From NCBI GenBank assembly GCA_964598205.1, contig CAZRBB010000004.1, forward strand, positions 2,324 to 66,323: DNA of 64,000 nt, in the 5' to 3' direction. Below the pieces are notes generated by a model. It worked only from the letters and a program-made list of their open reading frames with translations, searched no databases and was not told the origin of the DNA. Shown piece after piece: positions 61,401 to 64,000 of the stretch. Position 1 is the stretch's first letter; every line of letters starts with the position of its first letter. Source of the DNA: an uncultured Candidatus Saccharibacteria bacterium (lineage in GTDB: Bacteria; Patescibacteriota; Minisyncoccia; CAIUEV01; JAHKAQ01). A program made the translations under genes and the position numbers.

Positions 61401-61457
61401 GAGAAGTTATAAACCATTTTTTATGGTAAAAACAAAAAGAGAGGGGGTGAGCGTTAA

Positions 61458-61859
61458 GTGAGAACAAAACAAAAAGGGTTTACAATGGTAGAACTTTTAG
61501 TAGTGATTGCCATTATTGGAATCTTAGCTTCCATTGCTTTGATTTCTTACAATAATGTTCAAAATAAAGCCAAAGATAAAGCGGCTATTGGAGAAATGAC
61601 TCAATTAAGAACTCAAGCGCAAGTTTTTTATGATGATACTGCCAATGTTTACACTGGTTTTTGTGCCGATGCCGAGACTACTAGAATTGCCGGAAGTATT
61701 GCCGATCATGGCGGAACTGCATTTAATTGTGATGCTGGAACCGATGAATGGGCAGCAGAAGTGACCCTGGCGGGTGGTACTATTTATTGCGTTGATTCTT
61801 CTGGAACTTCCAAAACTATTGCAGCTACCAAAGGAGCGGATACGACGGTTTGCGAATAA
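61458..61859 (+). CDS. Probable major type IV pilin
   Basis: QKG/FTMVELLVVIAIIGILA, YCVDS; strong SD and its own downstream hairpin. Confidence 0.85.
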   Translation: MRTKQKGFTMVELLVVIAIIGILASIALISYNNVQNKAKDKAAIGEMTQLRTQAQVFYDDTANVYTGFCADAETTRIAGSIADHGGTAFNCDAGTDEWAAEVTLAGGTIYCVDSSGTSKTIAATKGADTTVCE

Positions 61860-61870
61860 GTTATTAACTT

Positions 61871-61904
61871 TTACAAGCCTCATCTTTTGGGGTGAGGCTT
61901 GTAA
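61871..61904 (+). terminator. Stem-loop after major pilin
   Basis: ttacaagcctca/tgaggcttgtaa. Confidence 0.6.
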
Positions 61905-61974
61905 GGTTGGCTGATATGGTTTAAAATGAACAAAATCGAAATTAATAAATTTTAATAAACAGAAGAATAAAAAA

Positions 61975-62541
61975 ATGAAGACAAAAATGAAGACCAAAAT
62001 GAAGACCAAAATGAAGACCAAAGCAAAGAAAGTGACCAAGCCAAAAACCAAGAAGAAGCCCGTGGCTAAGCCAAAGACAAAATTAAAGGTAAAACCAAAA
62101 ACCAAGAAAAGAGGGTTTACTTTAATAGAAATGTTAATTGTGGTGGCAATTATTGGTGTTTTGGCGACGGTAGTATTGGTAGCGGTGGTTCAAGCTAGAA
62201 AAAAGTCTAACGCTACACAAGCTAAAGCACTAGTGTCTCAATACATGCAGGCGTTAGAAATGTATAAAGCAAATGGTTGTGATGGATCTCTGGCAATCAG
62301 CACTCCTTTTAACGGTCTTCCATTGAAGGATTGCAACAATGAAGTATTAATGGAAAGGTTCGTTAATATATCTGTTCCCGGTGTTCTTCCTGCTGGTATG
62401 ACGTATACTTGGGCAACAATGACATATAATGACTATGAAATGACTATAAAAGGCTTTAGTGACGGTGAGATTTTCATATGTAAAAATGGGGCTTGTACTT
62501 GTTCTACCCAGCTCCAGACTAGCTGTACTAAGTCCAAATAA
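61975..62541 (+). CDS. Type IV pilin with long Lys-rich leader
   Basis: KRG/FTLIEML after (MKTK)4 and KPKTK repeats. Confidence 0.85.
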   Translation: MKTKMKTKMKTKMKTKAKKVTKPKTKKKPVAKPKTKLKVKPKTKKRGFTLIEMLIVVAIIGVLATVVLVAVVQARKKSNATQAKALVSQYMQALEMYKANGCDGSLAISTPFNGLPLKDCNNEVLMERFVNISVPGVLPAGMTYTWATMTYNDYEMTIKGFSDGEIFICKNGACTCSTQLQTSCTKSK

Positions 62542-62565
62542 TTTTTCTGTACTTGTTTGAATAAC

Positions 62566-62598
62566 AAAAACGGCTTTCTTTTTGGGGGGAGCCGTTTT
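62566..62598 (+). terminator. Rho-independent terminator
   Basis: aaaacggct...agccgtttt. Confidence 0.65.
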
Positions 62599-62701
62599 GA
62601 TTTAGGTTTAAAATGATTTTTTGGGAGTGATTTTATTTTTTGTTATACTGTTAGGCAGTCTGAGCTAGGGTCATTATTTGGGAGCAATAAAAATAATAGA
62701 A

Positions 62702-63544
62702 ATGATTATTTTTCTCTTCTTTGTTTTTCTTTTTGGTCTTATTTTTGGTTCTTTTTTAAATGCGCTTCTTTACCGTTTAGAAAAAGAAAAAGATTTTGTT
62801 TGGGAGCGTTCCTGTTGCCCCAAATGTGGGAAGCTGATTAGCTGGTACAACAACATTCCTTTATTAAGCTTTGTGTTTTTGGGTGGTAAGTGTCGTGATT
62901 GCAAGAAGCCGATCAGTTGGCGGTATCCGTTGGGTGAATTTTTAACGGCAGTGCTGGGCGGTGTTGCGTTGATGGCTTTTTGGCCAGTAATTGGTCTTGG
63001 CTTGGAAGATATTTCTTTATGGATTGTTTTTTTTGGTTTTTACATACTTTCTGTTTGTGCAGTTTTATTAGGGGTTTTTCTTTATGATTTAAAACATTAT
63101 TTAATTCCCGATGAGCTTTTGATTTGGGGGGGAGTGGTGGCTTTTTTGTTTAATATTTTTTCTGATTTTAAGTTTTACGATTTTTCTAATTTGGGGCTTT
63201 CTTTTTTTACTAGAAGTTTGACTGGATCGGGAATATTAGCGGCCCTGATTGCTGGTGGTTTCTTTTTTGGCTTGGTATATTTTTCCCGTGAAAAATGGAT
63301 GGGGTGGGGAGATGTTAAGCTTGGGCTTTTAATGGGGGTTCTGTTGGGTTTTCCTAGGATTCTAGCGGCGCTTTTTTTGGCGTATTTGGTTGGGGCGGTG
63401 GTTTCTGTTTTCTTGGTAGTCTTAAAAAAGAAAAAGTTTAAATCGGAAGTTCCTTTTGGTCCCTTTCTGTGCGCGGCGACCTTTGTGGTTTGGCTTTGGG
63501 GTGAAGAGATTATTAGTTGGTACTTTAGAATTTTGAATTTTTAA
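62702..63544 (+). CDS. pilD: Prepilin peptidase
   Basis: GSFLN, RS.CP.C, IPLLS, GKCR.C, YDL, MGWGD, PFGPF. Confidence 0.96.
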   Translation: MIIFLFFVFLFGLIFGSFLNALLYRLEKEKDFVWERSCCPKCGKLISWYNNIPLLSFVFLGGKCRDCKKPISWRYPLGEFLTAVLGGVALMAFWPVIGLGLEDISLWIVFFGFYILSVCAVLLGVFLYDLKHYLIPDELLIWGGVVAFLFNIFSDFKFYDFSNLGLSFFTRSLTGSGILAALIAGGFFFGLVYFSREKWMGWGDVKLGLLMGVLLGFPRILAALFLAYLVGAVVSVFLVVLKKKKFKSEVPFGPFLCAATFVVWLWGEEIISWYFRILNF

Positions 63545-63619
63545 TTTTGAATTTTGAAATAATTTTGAAATTGGAATTTTAAAACAAGACAGAATTTCTA
63601 ATTTTGAAACAGAACATTT

Positions 63620-63994
63620 TGTCATTCCGAGCGTTAGCGAGGAATCCCTTTTACTAAAAAAATGAGAGACTATAATTTTTTTGTTTATATTGTTGCTAGC
63701 GATTCAGGAACTTTATATACCGGAGTAACCAACAATCTCAAAAGAAGGATCTGGGAACATAAAAATGGTTTTTTCGAAGGTTTTTCTAAAAAATATAAAT
63801 GTCATAAGTTGATTTTTATGGAAAGATTTCAATATGTTAAAGACGCTATTGTTGCTGAAAAGAGAATTAAGGGATGGAGCCGAAAAAAGAAAGAAGATTT
63901 AATTGGAATAAAGAATCCTTGTTGGAAAGATTTAAGCGTTGGCTTGTAATAATAAGGATGGCTCAAGGGATTCCTCGCTGCGTTCGGAATGACA
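63620..63994. mobile_element. Inverted REP pair flanking a GIY-YIG gene
   Basis: tgtcattccgagcgttagcgaggaatccctt (63620-63650) / aagggattcctcgctgcgttcggaatgaca (63965-63994). Confidence 0.7.
63662..63949 (+). CDS. GIY-YIG nuclease (YhbQ/UPF0213-like)
   Basis: FVYI, LYTGVT, RIWEH, EKRIKGW.R.KK, NP.W.DL. Confidence 0.93.
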   Translation: MRDYNFFVYIVASDSGTLYTGVTNNLKRRIWEHKNGFFEGFSKKYKCHKLIFMERFQYVKDAIVAEKRIKGWSRKKKEDLIGIKNPCWKDLSVGL

Positions 63995-64000
63995 GGGGGT

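Noticed and set aside
50762-62541. Diversity-generating retroelement or pilin shufflon
   Set aside because: No reverse transcriptase, no template/variable repeat pair and no invertase sites seen near the pilins

Overview
AT-rich bacterial chromosome segment using standard code 11. It is most consistent with a Patescibacteria/CPR (Parcubacteria-like) genome; this is an inference from two type IV pilus clusters with no secretin in the window, a bacterial Elp3, solo groEL and compact housekeeping content. Left end (1-5.2 kb): an integron-like locus with a 272-aa tyrosine integrase divergent from an attI-like site. Its first cassette (about 3.8 kb) carries a C5 methyltransferase, an EcoRII-C-type endonuclease and a TPR membrane protein, and is bounded by about 75-bp inverted repeats; an attC-like hairpin and an acyltransferase cassette follow. 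The rest holds tRNA-Asp/Phe/Arg/Tyr, rubrerythrin, superoxide reductase, comF, clpC, CIRCE-groEL, pilus cluster 1, rbfA, nrnA, nfo, udg, tmk, gatB, rpsP, a Trm9/ALKBH8-like methyltransferase next to elp3, tsaE, polA, two radical SAM genes, pilus cluster 2 and a REP-flanked GIY-YIG gene. Intergenic spaces hold nested, covarying palindromic repeat families: family A (9 copies), family B (3), inner hairpins, AT-rich heptamer arms and a REP doublet. Best candidates for undescribed biology: the nested repeat system with its possible GIY-YIG mobiliser, the non-canonical integron with long cassette-end inverted repeats, and the Elp3+Trm9-like tRNA wobble module. All calls come from reading the sequence by eye; no searches were run.
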